Below, piece by piece: positions 1-9,530 of a DNA stretch of 43,653 bases. Under the pieces are notes generated by a model. That model searched no databases. It was not told where the DNA came from and worked only from the letters and a program-made list of their open reading frames with translations. The translations under genes were made by a program, and so were the position numbers. Origin of the DNA: a virus; IMG/VR virus record IMGVR_UViG_3300001919_000032, positions 1 to 43,653 of that record. The stretch is one strand, 5' to 3'. Position 1 is the stretch's first letter; every line of letters begins with the position of its first letter.

Positions 1-34
1 GCCTTTTTTTTGCGCACGAACATCGATTTTTTGA
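1..34. repeat. Terminal direct repeat, left copy (identical to 43620..43653)
   Basis: gccttttttttgcgcacgaacatcgattttttga occurs at both ends of the window. It lies between the HNH gene and terS. Confidence 0.9.
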
Positions 35-37
35 ACT

Positions 38-499
38 ATGCCGGCACGACGAGTATCAGATGAAAGAAAACGGGCGACCGGTGTTCATCTGAGCGCTAGG
101 AGCGTTAGAAGAACTGTTCCTGTCGTTGGAAACAAGCTTAGCGATGATCCACCGGTCGGAGTTCCGGGGGATGCAAAGGAAGCATGGGAGCTTGCGGTCA
201 AAAACGCGCCGGAAGGCCGCCTGTCGGTTGTTGACGGGCCTGCGCTAGAGCAGTGGTGCCGCACTTACGCTCTATGGCGGAAGATGGCGAAGGCGGTTGA
301 GCATGGTGCGCTCTATGACGTCGACGAGAAGTCTGGCAGCAGGAAGCTGAGCCCGGAATTCACGGCCATGCAGGCCCTTCTGGCGTCATTGATCAAGCTT
401 GAAAAGGAGCTTGGCTTCACGCCGGTCGCCCGCACGCACGCGCCCGCGCGCGAGGAAGAGAAACCGGAATCTAACAATCCATATTTGAATAACGAATGA
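38..499 (+). CDS. terS: Terminase small subunit (P27-family-like)
   Basis: 153-aa ORF whose stop overlaps the terL start (ATGA). The C-terminal ...LIKLEKELGFTPVAR... is typical of P27-type small terminases. It sits just downstream of an HNH endonuclease. Confidence 0.7.
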   Translation: MPARRVSDERKRATGVHLSARSVRRTVPVVGNKLSDDPPVGVPGDAKEAWELAVKNAPEGRLSVVDGPALEQWCRTYALWRKMAKAVEHGALYDVDEKSGSRKLSPEFTAMQALLASLIKLEKELGFTPVARTHAPAREEEKPESNNPYLNNE

Positions 500-2178
500 A
501 GAAGCCGGACTACGTTGCCATTGCGAAAAAGTACATGCGCAACGTGGCGGACGGTACTGTGCCTGCATGCCGGTACGTGAAGGAGGCAGTGCAGCGGCAG
601 GCCGATGACCTGAAGAGATGGTCATCCCCTGATGGGGACTACCATTTTGACGAAAAGGAGGCCGGGCGCCCCTGCTGGTTCATTGAGAACCTGACGCACA
701 CGAAGGGGGAACTCGCGGGTCGGCCTATTCATCTTGAGCCGTGGCAGGTGTTCCTTCTTACGACGCTTTTCGGGTGGAAGGCTAAAGCCGGAAACAGGCG
801 TTTCAGATCTGCTTACGTTGAAGTGCCGCGTGGAAACGGCAAAAGTACATTGCTTTCAGGCATAGGGCTGTTCTGCCTCTGCGCCGACCATGAACCAGGC
901 GCCGAGGTATACAGTTTTGCGACAACCCGCGAGCAGGCGAAAATCGTCTTTGGGGACGCCCAGACGATGGCTCGCGGGAATAAGAGCCTTCAGGAAGCCT
1001 TTGGCCTTGAAGTAACGGCACACGCCATCGTGGTCGAAGGAACGCACAGCTACTTTCAGGCGAAAAGTTCCGAAGGAAGCACCCTGGACGGCTTGAACAC
1101 GCACCTCGCAATCATTGACGAGCTGCACGCCCACAAGAAGCGTGACGTTTTTGACGTTGTTGAGACTTCGCTCGGTAAGCGGCGCAATTCGCTGATGGTT
1201 TCAATCACAACGGCGGGTGTTGACCGCACCGGGATCTGCTATGAGCAGCGCAGCATTGTAACGAAGATCCTGTCGCGCACGATCAATGATGAGTCCTACT
1301 TCGGGATCATTTACACACTTGATCCGGAGGACGATTGGAAGAGCGACGCGGCGCTGTCTAAAGCGAACCCAAACTGGGGCGTGAGCGTTCGCCCGGAAGT
1401 TATTCGGGCCCTCCAGGCTAAAGCCATAGCGACGCCCAGTGCTGAGAACAACTTTAAAACGAAGCACCTCGATGTGTGGTGCAACGCCGATGTTGGCTGG
1501 ATGGACATGAAGGCGTGGGACGCCTGCGCGGACGAAAGCCTGGACGAAACGGATTTTGACGGCGAGCCCTGTTGGATTGGGCTGGATCTTGCTTCAACAA
1601 ACGACATGACGGCGAAGGTGAAGATCTTTCACCGCATGATCAACGGCGAGAACAACTACTACCTGTTCGGTGACTACTGGCTGCCGCGGGCCGCGATCGA
1701 GCGCGGGAAAAACAGTCAGTACCAGGGCTGGGAGTATTTGGGGTACCTGCACGTAAACGAAGGTCCGGTGACGGACTACGCGCTGATTAGGGATTCGATT
1801 CTCGAGGACTGCGGCCGTTATGAGGTGCAGTGCGTGGCCTACGACCCGTTCCAGGCTGTGCAGCTCTCCAAAGAACTCTCGGATGACGGCGTCCCGATGG
1901 TGCTTTGCAAGCAGACGGTTGCCAACCTCTCGGATCCAATGAAGCAGTTTCAGGCTCTCGTGCTCGATCACCGCCTCCACTTCAACGGGGATCCGGTGTT
2001 GACATGGATGGTGAGCAACGTGGTCTGTCACGTTGACGCCAAGGAGAACATCTATCCGCGCAAAGACGTGCCGGAGAACAAGATCGACGGGGTTGTGGCC
2101 GGAATCATGGCGCTTTCTCGTGCCCTGCTGAAGGATGACCACCAGGCAATGGATTTGAATGAGTTTCTTGAACTATGA
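496..2178 (+). CDS. terL: Terminase large subunit
   Basis: 560 aa with a Walker A-like VPRGNGKST and a Walker B-like LAIIDELHA. Position between terS and portal is canonical. Confidence 0.9.
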   Translation: MKKPDYVAIAKKYMRNVADGTVPACRYVKEAVQRQADDLKRWSSPDGDYHFDEKEAGRPCWFIENLTHTKGELAGRPIHLEPWQVFLLTTLFGWKAKAGNRRFRSAYVEVPRGNGKSTLLSGIGLFCLCADHEPGAEVYSFATTREQAKIVFGDAQTMARGNKSLQEAFGLEVTAHAIVVEGTHSYFQAKSSEGSTLDGLNTHLAIIDELHAHKKRDVFDVVETSLGKRRNSLMVSITTAGVDRTGICYEQRSIVTKILSRTINDESYFGIIYTLDPEDDWKSDAALSKANPNWGVSVRPEVIRALQAKAIATPSAENNFKTKHLDVWCNADVGWMDMKAWDACADESLDETDFDGEPCWIGLDLASTNDMTAKVKIFHRMINGENNYYLFGDYWLPRAAIERGKNSQYQGWEYLGYLHVNEGPVTDYALIRDSILEDCGRYEVQCVAYDPFQAVQLSKELSDDGVPMVLCKQTVANLSDPMKQFQALVLDHRLHFNGDPVLTWMVSNVVCHVDAKENIYPRKDVPENKIDGVVAGIMALSRALLKDDHQAMDLNEFLEL

Positions 2179-3425
2179 AGATAGCCTCTATTTTTGGGTC
2201 CATCGCCCACTGGGCCGGATGGGGCTCGCCGATTGGCGATGTCTCCGGTCTCCAGCGCAGGGAGCCAACTGGGCCCGTTGTAAGCGGAGTCCAGCCGATT
2301 CCTCCGGACCACGGCTTGCAGCTTTCAGCCGTGTGGTCGTGCGTTACCCTGCTCGCCGAAACAATTGCCTCTCTCCCCATCGTTGTATACCGCCGGGATC
2401 CTGACGGAAACCGCACAGAGGAGAGGGGGTGCCGCGTATGGCAGGTGCTTCGCGCCCCGAATGCCAACATGACGCCGCACGATTTCTGGATGGCTATGGG
2501 GCTGAACCGCTTCCTCAGAGGCAACGGATACGCTCTTATTTCGCGAGACGGAACGGGGCAGCTCGTAAGCCTCACTCCTCTAGCGGCCGATCAGATGGAG
2601 GTAGGTGTTGTCGACGGCGATGTGGTCTATCAGTACTACAAGGACGGCAGCATCTATTACTTCAAGTCCGACAAGATCCTTCACTGGAAGGGGCTTGGGA
2701 ACGGCATTGTCGGGCTGTCGACGCTCGAGTACATGCAGGCGACCACAACCGAGCTCGTGAACGCTCAGAAGAACGCCACGACGATGTATGGGAACGGCAA
2801 TCAGTTGACCGGACTTCTTATGATCGATCAGGACCTGAATCCGTCTCAGATCCGCCAGCTGAAGGAGCGCTATGCAAACTTGACGCCGGTGACCGGTAGT
2901 TCCGGAGACTGGCTGCATGTTCTGCCGGGCGACATGAAGTACCAGCAGATTTCGATGTCGGCCGCAGACGCCCAGCTGCTTGAAACGCGGCAGTTTGGAA
3001 TTGAGGAAATTGGCCGGTGGTTCGGTGTGCCGAGTGCTCTTTTGAACAGCTCCGGAGGTACGGCGGCAAGCGGCCTCGAACAGATTATCGAAGGCTTCTA
3101 CCGGTCGACGATTCAACCGCTTTGCACCGGCCTGGAGCAAGCGCTGACAAAAACTCTTCTCACGATTGAAGAGCAGGAAACGCTCAACTGTGAATTCAAG
3201 ATGAGCGCGCTGCAGAGAGCGAACATCGCTAGCCGCTATGACAGTTACAGCAAGGCTCTGCAGAACGGATTCATGACGCGAAACGAGGTTAGAAAACTCG
3301 AGAACCTGCCGACGGTGGACGGGGCCGACGCTCTGACCGCGCAGAACAACCTCGTGCCGCTTGATCGCCTGGGGGAACAGACGAACACCGATCAGACGCC
3401 GCTCGGCGACCCGATTAAGCAATGA
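2175..3425 (+). CDS. Portal protein (HK97 family-like)
   Basis: 416 aa, translationally coupled to terL and followed by prohead protease and capsid. Size and order match HK97-type portals. Confidence 0.8.
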   Translation: MKIASIFGSIAHWAGWGSPIGDVSGLQRREPTGPVVSGVQPIPPDHGLQLSAVWSCVTLLAETIASLPIVVYRRDPDGNRTEERGCRVWQVLRAPNANMTPHDFWMAMGLNRFLRGNGYALISRDGTGQLVSLTPLAADQMEVGVVDGDVVYQYYKDGSIYYFKSDKILHWKGLGNGIVGLSTLEYMQATTTELVNAQKNATTMYGNGNQLTGLLMIDQDLNPSQIRQLKERYANLTPVTGSSGDWLHVLPGDMKYQQISMSAADAQLLETRQFGIEEIGRWFGVPSALLNSSGGTAASGLEQIIEGFYRSTIQPLCTGLEQALTKTLLTIEEQETLNCEFKMSALQRANIASRYDSYSKALQNGFMTRNEVRKLENLPTVDGADALTAQNNLVPLDRLGEQTNTDQTPLGDPIKQ

Positions 3426-3432
3426 GGCGCAT

Positions 3433-4101
3433 ATGACTCAGATTATTGAAAAGACGCTCTCGCTCAATGAAGTGGAGCTTAAGACTGAAGGCGAGGCCGG
3501 GCTTTTCCGCGGCTACGCCTCGAAGTTCAACGGCATCGACAGCTACGGGGACACGATTCTCCCGGGGGCGTATCAGAAAGTGCTGGGCCGGATGCCTCCC
3601 ATCTTTCTGAACCACAACACGATGGACCTGCCAATCGGCCGCTATACGGCGATGAAAGAGAACGCCCAGGGGCTTTATGTCGAAGGTCAGCTGACGCTTT
3701 CGATCCAGAAGGCCCGGGACGTCTATGAAGCGATGAAGGCGGGGACGATCGACGGCCTGTCGGTCGGAATTCTGCTTTCAAAGCAGGATTACGAATGGAA
3801 TGAGGCCGGCGGAAGGAACATTAAGTCAGTTTCCGGACTCCGCGAAATCTCGGTCTGCACGTTCCCGGCCGATGACCGGGCGCGGATCGGGCTTGTGAAG
3901 TCGGAAGACATTCAGAAAGCAATAACAATTCGAGAGCTGGAAGAGAGCCTGCGGGATGCCGGCCTGTCGAAAGCTCAGGCTCAGGCCTTTATTGCCAAGG
4001 CCAAGGAGCTGATTGCCAGCGAAAAGGCTCAGAGGGATTCTGAGTCTGAGGCTGAAAAACAGGTGTTGGCAAGAATTAAGGCCATCGCCGAAAGGTTTTA
4101 A
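3433..4101 (+). CDS. Prohead maturation protease (HK97 / S78-like)
   Basis: The internal ATG at 3433 follows the portal stop. The motif GYASKFNGIDSYGDTILPGAY is typical of HK97 prohead proteases, and the C-terminal part is coiled-coil. Confidence 0.8.
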   Translation: MTQIIEKTLSLNEVELKTEGEAGLFRGYASKFNGIDSYGDTILPGAYQKVLGRMPPIFLNHNTMDLPIGRYTAMKENAQGLYVEGQLTLSIQKARDVYEAMKAGTIDGLSVGILLSKQDYEWNEAGGRNIKSVSGLREISVCTFPADDRARIGLVKSEDIQKAITIRELEESLRDAGLSKAQAQAFIAKAKELIASEKAQRDSESEAEKQVLARIKAIAERF

Positions 4102-4119
4102 CCACTAAAGGAAATACAA

Positions 4120-5298
4120 ATGGCAGAAGATATCAAAATCGCTCTCGAGGCTCTGAACAAGATTGACGCCTCTATCGCGACCATGCAGGAATCCGTCAAG
4201 AAGGGCGAAGCCGCCCAGGCGGACGTTCAGAAGAAAATTGACGAACTGGGTGAAAAGCAGGTGCTCTTCTCCCGCCAGCTGCTCGACATTCAGCAGAAGG
4301 CTCAGAAGGCCGATGGCTCTGAAGTCGCCGACAAGTCTATCGGTGCGCAGTTTGTGAACTCCGAGTCCTACAAGCGCTTCAAGGGCGTGACCGGCGTTCG
4401 CTCTGCGTCCGCTGTTGTCGCGAACAAGACGGCAGAAAACCCCGTCACGTCCGCGCAGGCTCACCTGACGCCGTACCGCGTCCCGGGCATCGTTCCGCTC
4501 GAAACCCGCGAGCTTTCGATTGAAGCCCTCTTCCCGAAGCTTCCGACCTCTGCTCAGTCGATCGAGTACCTCCGTGAAAAGACCTTCACGAACGGCGCCG
4601 CGACCGTTGCTGAAGCCGCAAAGAAGCCCTCGTCCGCGTTCGAGTTCGAACTCATGCAGACTCCGGTGCAGGTTATCGCCCACTGGACGAAGATCACCCG
4701 CCAGCTCGCTGACGACGCCCCGGCTCTTCAGGCTTTCATTAACGCCCGCATGATCTACGGCGTGAATCTCGCGGCCGAGGATCAGCTGCTTTCAGGCAAT
4801 GGAACTTCTCCCAATCTGTCCGGCATTATGGCGACCGGAAACTACACCGCCCAGGCGTTCAAACTCGCTCAGCTGGGCGGCTCCGGAGCGACGATGCTTG
4901 ATCTGCTGCGCATCTCCTTCGCGACCGTCAACGCCGCGGGTTACCGCACCAGCGCCGTTGTGCTTAACCCGATGGACTGGGCTGTGCTGCAGGGCCTCAA
5001 AGCCTCCGATGGCTCTTATCTGCTCGGATCTCCGGCCAACAGCTTCTCCGCCTCCACGATCTGGGGCGTGCGCGTTGTTGAGTCCGCCGCGATGGCTCAG
5101 GGTAAGTTCCTCGCCGGCGATTTCGCCCGCGCCGCTACGGTGTACGACCGCATGCAGACCGTGGTTGATATTGCCGCGCAGAACGAAGACGACTTCATCA
5201 AGAACCTCTACACGATCCGTGCGGAGCGTCGTCTTGCGCTGGCTGTTGAGCACTCCACCGCCGTTATCGGCGGCGCGCTCAGCGTTCCCACGGCCTGA
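4120..5298 (+). CDS. Major capsid protein (HK97 fold) with N-terminal delta/scaffold-like coiled coil
   Basis: 392 aa immediately after the protease, with an SD-like aaaggaaa upstream. The first ~60 aa are Lys/Glu/Gln-rich and helical, like a delta domain. Confidence 0.85.
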   Translation: MAEDIKIALEALNKIDASIATMQESVKKGEAAQADVQKKIDELGEKQVLFSRQLLDIQQKAQKADGSEVADKSIGAQFVNSESYKRFKGVTGVRSASAVVANKTAENPVTSAQAHLTPYRVPGIVPLETRELSIEALFPKLPTSAQSIEYLREKTFTNGAATVAEAAKKPSSAFEFELMQTPVQVIAHWTKITRQLADDAPALQAFINARMIYGVNLAAEDQLLSGNGTSPNLSGIMATGNYTAQAFKLAQLGGSGATMLDLLRISFATVNAAGYRTSAVVLNPMDWAVLQGLKASDGSYLLGSPANSFSASTIWGVRVVESAAMAQGKFLAGDFARAATVYDRMQTVVDIAAQNEDDFIKNLYTIRAERRLALAVEHSTAVIGGALSVPTA

Positions 5299-5322
5299 TG
5301 AGCCTGTAAACGCTTGACCGAG

Positions 5323-5353
5323 GCGGGAGGGGAAACTCTCCCGCTTTTCTTTT
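5323..5353 (+). terminator. Intrinsic terminator/attenuator after the capsid gene
   Basis: Stem GCGGGAG / CTCCCGC with an 8-nt loop, followed by TTTTCTTTT. Confidence 0.7.
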
Positions 5354-5539
5354 ATGCGAATTGAATTTCTCAAGGACTGTCTCTCGATGGTCGGAACGCG
5401 GAAAGCGGGCGATGTCGAAGAGGTTTACGACCCATACGCCGTTGTTCTGATTGAGCAGGGGCTGGCTCAGGCTGCGAAGGTTGTACCGCCGCCCAGGGCT
5501 CGGTCGAGAAAACCGGCGAAGGAAGACAAAAATGAGTGA
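5354..5539 (+). CDS. Hypothetical small head-module protein
   Basis: 61-aa ORF filling the gap between the capsid terminator and the connector gene. Its end overlaps the next start. Confidence 0.45.
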   Translation: MRIEFLKDCLSMVGTRKAGDVEEVYDPYAVVLIEQGLAQAAKVVPPPRARSRKPAKEDKNE

Positions 5540-5852
5540 CTATTTCGGCGCCGTGACGCTTGATGCCGCAAAGAAGCAGCTTCGCGTTGATTACGCCGAT
5601 GAGGATGAGCTCATAGTCACCTACATCATGGCAGCGACCGCTCAATGCGAGCAGATCTGCGGTCGGGAAATTGTGAAGCGCTCCGATGAGAATGCGCTCT
5701 GTGACTCTGTTGACGATGTTCCGGAGGCTGTCAGGACATGGGTGCTTTTAACCGTGACAGATCTTTACGAGCACCGCGGGGCATCAGAGAGCCCTATTGC
5801 GATTGGCAGGCGGTTCTATGACCACCTGCTCGACGGCTATCGGATCTTTTAG
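5532..5852 (+). CDS. Head-tail connector (gp6-like)
   Basis: MSDYFGAVTLDAAKKQLRVDYADEDELIVTYI... is the typical N-terminus of gp6-like head-tail connector proteins. The start at the internal ATG 5532 is my choice. Confidence 0.7.
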   Translation: MSDYFGAVTLDAAKKQLRVDYADEDELIVTYIMAATAQCEQICGREIVKRSDENALCDSVDDVPEAVRTWVLLTVTDLYEHRGASESPIAIGRRFYDHLLDGYRIF

Positions 5853-5860
5853 GGGGCCTT

Positions 5861-6211
5861 ATGCAGCTTCCAAAAGTTGGCGAACTGAAGCGTCCCATCG
5901 ACATTTACAGCCTTGAAACGAACCCGAAGGACGCATCCGACAGTGCGAACGACTTGACGCTGAAGCTCCATGTCTGGGCGAAGGTCGAAGTGATCGGGGG
6001 CGTGAACTACTGGGGGTCCGTGCAGGCGGGATTCGACGTGACGCATCGCTTCATCGTCCGTTACACGAATGGAACGCGCCCTCAGGACCTGACTCATGCA
6101 ACCAAGGTCTTTTACGAAGGGGCCTGGTATCTGGTGAAGCGCTTGACGGACATGAATGACGCCCACCGCTTTACCGCTTTGGAATGCGAGGCCCAGTATG
6201 GCGCTTCTTAA
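5861..6211 (+). CDS. Head closure / head-tail adaptor protein
   Basis: 116 aa; position and size match SPP1 gp16-type head closure proteins. Confidence 0.6.
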   Translation: MQLPKVGELKRPIDIYSLETNPKDASDSANDLTLKLHVWAKVEVIGGVNYWGSVQAGFDVTHRFIVRYTNGTRPQDLTHATKVFYEGAWYLVKRLTDMNDAHRFTALECEAQYGAS

Positions 6212-6686
6212 TGTCGAGGTCCGCTTTCCGAAGGGCTTCAAGTATGCCGACTTTGACGTGAAGACGCTCAAAAGCGGGCTGCGCAAAGAAGGTCTCGAGA
6301 TTGCCCGGGTTGCAAAGAACCTTGTTCGTAAAAAGGGCGTTTCAAAGCCGGACGAATACCCGGGAAGGGACACCGGCGTGCTGCAGAAAGCCATTAAGCC
6401 CAAGCCCTCGAGGTCCGGGTTTTCCGTGGTGATCAAGCCCTGGAAGACGGATCAGATGGGGAAAGATTTCTACCCGGCCTACGTCTATTACGGTCACAGA
6501 GGACCCAGAACGCGGACCGCAGCCGACAACCGGCGCAGAAAGAAGACCGCCGGGAAGAAAGTGGCCCAGCCCCGCAAAAATTTCATGGTTGATGCGACAA
6601 AGCAGGTTGGAGAAGAAAAGATTGAGGGGAACCTCGCCCAGCTGATGGATAAAGCGCTTGTCGCGAAGGAGATCTCGTTTAAATGA
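6198..6686 (+). CDS. Head-tail joining / tail completion protein (HK97 gp10-like)
   Basis: Call rests on position in the module. The start at ATG 6198 overlaps the previous stop. The central segment is basic. Confidence 0.45.
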   Translation: MALLNVEVRFPKGFKYADFDVKTLKSGLRKEGLEIARVAKNLVRKKGVSKPDEYPGRDTGVLQKAIKPKPSRSGFSVVIKPWKTDQMGKDFYPAYVYYGHRGPRTRTAADNRRRKKTAGKKVAQPRKNFMVDATKQVGEEKIEGNLAQLMDKALVAKEISFK

Positions 6687-7249
6687 AGCTCGCACCAATC
6701 ATCGAATGCCTGCGAGAAAACTGCCCGTCATTTGAGCGCCGGGTGTTCGGGGCCTATACGTGGTTCAACATCGACGACAGCGTCAATCCGTCGATGCCCT
6801 GTGCCTTTGTTCTTCCAGCCGGAGTTACGGCTGAGACTGCGACGACATCGACCAAGTACCGCCAGCCGATCGACAACCATTTTTCAATCAACATCTGCGT
6901 CTCTCTTACAAGTGATGACGCTCTGGGGAAAACCGGGCACGACTACCTGGAGGACCTGAAGGAAGAGGTTTTTAAGGCCGTGCTGGGGCTTCCGCTCGGC
7001 TATCCGGAGCAGACAAACCGGATCGTTTATTTCGAGAGCCAGAGCGTGAACATGTCGGCCTGCAATCGCGCGAGGCTCGTTGAGACGCTCGACTTTGCCT
7101 ACGGCGAGCTCTTGATGGGAAGTGTTACGGCGCAGCAGCGAATCATTGACGCCCTGCCGGTTCTGCAGTCTGTAAGGCTCAAAGCTAAAGATTTTTCTAC
7201 TGCGGACGAGGATGACAAACTCGTCACCGCTGAACTTTTAACTAAATAA
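6683..7249 (+). CDS. Putative tail terminator / tail completion protein
   Basis: 188 aa, ATGA-coupled to the previous gene and located immediately before the sheath gene. Confidence 0.45.
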   Translation: MKLAPIIECLRENCPSFERRVFGAYTWFNIDDSVNPSMPCAFVLPAGVTAETATTSTKYRQPIDNHFSINICVSLTSDDALGKTGHDYLEDLKEEVFKAVLGLPLGYPEQTNRIVYFESQSVNMSACNRARLVETLDFAYGELLMGSVTAQQRIIDALPVLQSVRLKAKDFSTADEDDKLVTAELLTK

Positions 7250-7258
7250 GAGGCAACT

Positions 7259-8734
7259 ATGGCAGTTTCCTTCTCCAACATCCCGTCCGGGATTCGTGTT
7301 CCGCTCTTTTATGCGGAGCTCGACAATTCTCAGGCCAATACGGCGACGAGCGTTCTGAAAACGCTGCTGATCGGCCAGATGACGAGCGGCAAGGCAACGG
7401 CCCTGAAGCCGCAGCTTGTGTCTTCCGCCGCCCAGGGCGAAGAGCTTTTCGGACATGGCTCCCAGCTCGCCCTGATGAACACGATGTATCGCAAGAACGA
7501 TACTTTCGGCGAGGTCTGGTGCATTCCTGTGGCGGATCCGACCGGGACCAAGGCTTCCGCTACGGCAACCATCTCCGGTACCCCGACTGAGGCGGGCACG
7601 ATCAATCTTTACATTGGGTCGGTGCGGGTAGCTGTCGCTGTTGCGGCTGATGATACGGCGACTGCCATTGCTTCGGCGATCGCTTCTGCTGTGACCGCCA
7701 ATGTCGACCTTCCGGTGACTGCCGCTGCGGCCGCTGGTGTGGTGACTTTCAACGCTAAGAACTCGGGCCTCGTCGGAAACGACATCCAGCTTGCCGTGAA
7801 CCTGCAGGGCTATTCTGCCGGCGAGGAGCTTCCCGAGGGCGTGAGTGTTGTGCTGACTGCGTTCTCGGGCGGGACTGGAACGCCTGATCTGGCCGGAGTG
7901 GTGGCTGCGATGGGCGAAGAGCAGTATGACGTGATTGCCTGTCCTTTTGCGGACGCCGCAAGCCTGACTACTTTGGCCGCAGAATTGAACGACGCGTCCG
8001 GGCGCTGGTCTCCGATGCGCCAGCTCTACGGCCACGTTTTCACGGTCAAGCGCGGTTCCGTGTCTGATCTGGTTTCCTTCGGAAAGAGCCGAAACAATCA
8101 GCATGAAACGGTGCTTGGCATCGAATCCGCCGTAGCTTCTTCCTGCTCGGAGGTCCTTGGTGCTTACGCCGCCCGGGCCGCGAGCGCTCTCAACAACGAT
8201 CCCGCCCGTCCGCTTCAGACCCTGGAGCTGATTGGCGTGACTGCGGCTCAGGCCGGATCGAGGTTCAACCTCTCGGAGCGGCAGAGCCTGCTTACGTCCG
8301 GCATCGCGACCGAGTATGTCCAGGGCGGCTACATGAGGATTGAGAGGGCTATTACGACCTATCAGACGAACGCCTTCGGGTCGTCTGACAACTCGTACTT
8401 GGATGTCTGCACGCTCTTTACGCTCGCTTACATCCTGCGCGACTTGAAGGCCGTCATCACGAGTAAGTACCCGCGTCACAAGCTCGCGTCCGATGGAACG
8501 CACTTTGGCTCCGGGCAGGCTGTGGTCACGCCTTCGATCATCCGCGCCGAGCTCATCGCCGAGTACCAGAAGCTCGAGGAGAAGGCTCTTGTCGAGAACC
8601 TGGACGCTTTCAAGCAGAACCTCATTGTCGAGCGCAATGCAGACGATCCGAACCGGGTCGATGTGCTGCTGCCGCCTGACCTTGTGAACCAGCTGAGGAT
8701 CTTCGCGGTTCTTGTTCAGTTCCGTCTGAATTAA
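7259..8734 (+). CDS. Tail sheath protein (Mu gpL-like)
   Basis: 491 aa. The N-terminus ...IPSGIRVPLFYAELDNSQA...LLIGQM... is characteristic of Mu/P2-type sheath proteins, and a tube gene follows. Confidence 0.85.
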   Translation: MAVSFSNIPSGIRVPLFYAELDNSQANTATSVLKTLLIGQMTSGKATALKPQLVSSAAQGEELFGHGSQLALMNTMYRKNDTFGEVWCIPVADPTGTKASATATISGTPTEAGTINLYIGSVRVAVAVAADDTATAIASAIASAVTANVDLPVTAAAAAGVVTFNAKNSGLVGNDIQLAVNLQGYSAGEELPEGVSVVLTAFSGGTGTPDLAGVVAAMGEEQYDVIACPFADAASLTTLAAELNDASGRWSPMRQLYGHVFTVKRGSVSDLVSFGKSRNNQHETVLGIESAVASSCSEVLGAYAARAASALNNDPARPLQTLELIGVTAAQAGSRFNLSERQSLLTSGIATEYVQGGYMRIERAITTYQTNAFGSSDNSYLDVCTLFTLAYILRDLKAVITSKYPRHKLASDGTHFGSGQAVVTPSIIRAELIAEYQKLEEKALVENLDAFKQNLIVERNADDPNRVDVLLPPDLVNQLRIFAVLVQFRLN

Positions 8735-8744
8735 GGAGTTTTAA

Positions 8745-9110
8745 ATGGCTAACCAGAGAATTTCAGGAACCTGCTACATCACAGTGGATGGTGAGGAGCT
8801 CAACCTGAGCGGATCCCTCCAGATCCCGGTCAACAAGTACACGCGTCAGGCCGTGACGGCCTCGGGCCGGGTGATCGGATATTCCGAAACGCCGGTCGTG
8901 CCGTCCATTTCAGGCAACTTCTACGTTGATTCGGATTTCCCGCTTGAGAAGCTGAGAACCGCGACTGACATGACGATCGTGGCGGAGCTTGCGAACGGCA
9001 TGCGCTACACGCTCTCTGACGCTTTCCTCGCGGGCGACAATGCGAATTTCGCCCCGGAGGACGGAACGGTTCAGCTTGTTTTCAACGGCGTAAGAGGTGA
9101 CTGGTCATGA
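8745..9110 (+). CDS. Tail tube protein
   Basis: 121 aa directly after the sheath; GTCYITVDGEELNLSG is typical of Mu-like tube proteins. Confidence 0.75.
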   Translation: MANQRISGTCYITVDGEELNLSGSLQIPVNKYTRQAVTASGRVIGYSETPVVPSISGNFYVDSDFPLEKLRTATDMTIVAELANGMRYTLSDAFLAGDNANFAPEDGTVQLVFNGVRGDWS

Positions 9111-9394
9111 GTCCGGTTGAGGTAAGTCTGAAGACACCGGTTAACTACCAGGGCACGACATACGAAAAGCTCTCTTTTCGCGTGCCGATCCTTGCGGACG
9201 TCCGGGCGCTCAAGATGATGGGCGATGAGAAGACCAACGCTGAGGCCTTTGATCATGTCATGCAATACGCGCAGCGTCTTTGCACAACCATAGATTCGAA
9301 GGCTTTCGGGCAGGTGACGGTTGAAGACAGCATGGCCATCGCGAAGGCGATAGCTCCTCTTTTTGGAGTGCCGCCGGTGGCTGAAAGCGATTGA
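9107..9394 (+). CDS. Tail assembly chaperone (short form)
   Basis: 95 aa between the tube and the tape measure, coupled to the tube gene by ATGA. Confidence 0.65.
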   Translation: MSPVEVSLKTPVNYQGTTYEKLSFRVPILADVRALKMMGDEKTNAEAFDHVMQYAQRLCTTIDSKAFGQVTVEDSMAIAKAIAPLFGVPPVAESD

Positions 9395-9530
9395 CGGCGT
9401 CGAGGAATCGATCTTTCGAATGGCGAGGTTCTGGGGCATGTCGCCGGAGGAATTCGGCGGCATGACTCTTGAGCGCGTCTGCCAGTACGCGGAAATGACG
9501 AATAAGGTTCATGCCGAGGAGTGTGAGTGA
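9354..9530 (+). other. Open alternative frame giving the frameshift-extended tail chaperone (or an independent small ORF from ATG 9420)
   Basis: The +1/-2 frame relative to 9107..9394 is open from 9354 to the TGA at 9528..9530. It encodes ...MARFWGMSPEEFGGMTLERVCQYAEMTNKVHAEECE. A T5 run at 9360..9364 lies in the overlap. Confidence 0.5.

Noticed and set aside
1-34. Terminal repeats as attL/attR of an integrated prophage.
   Set aside because: The integrase and the tRNA-like core with arm repeats are internal and contiguous (25493..27200). The repeat lies between the HNH and terS genes. No host genes flank either end.
7238-8503. 421-aa minus-strand ORF antisense to the tail sheath gene. Similar long antisense ORFs occur at 2580..3422, 4105..4683, 4792..5373, 13583..14242, 16216..16725 and 37052..37633.
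   Set aside because: Their translations are Arg/Gly/Pro/Ser-rich nonsense lying entirely within well-supported genes on the other strand. These are typical shadow ORFs of GC-rich coding DNA.
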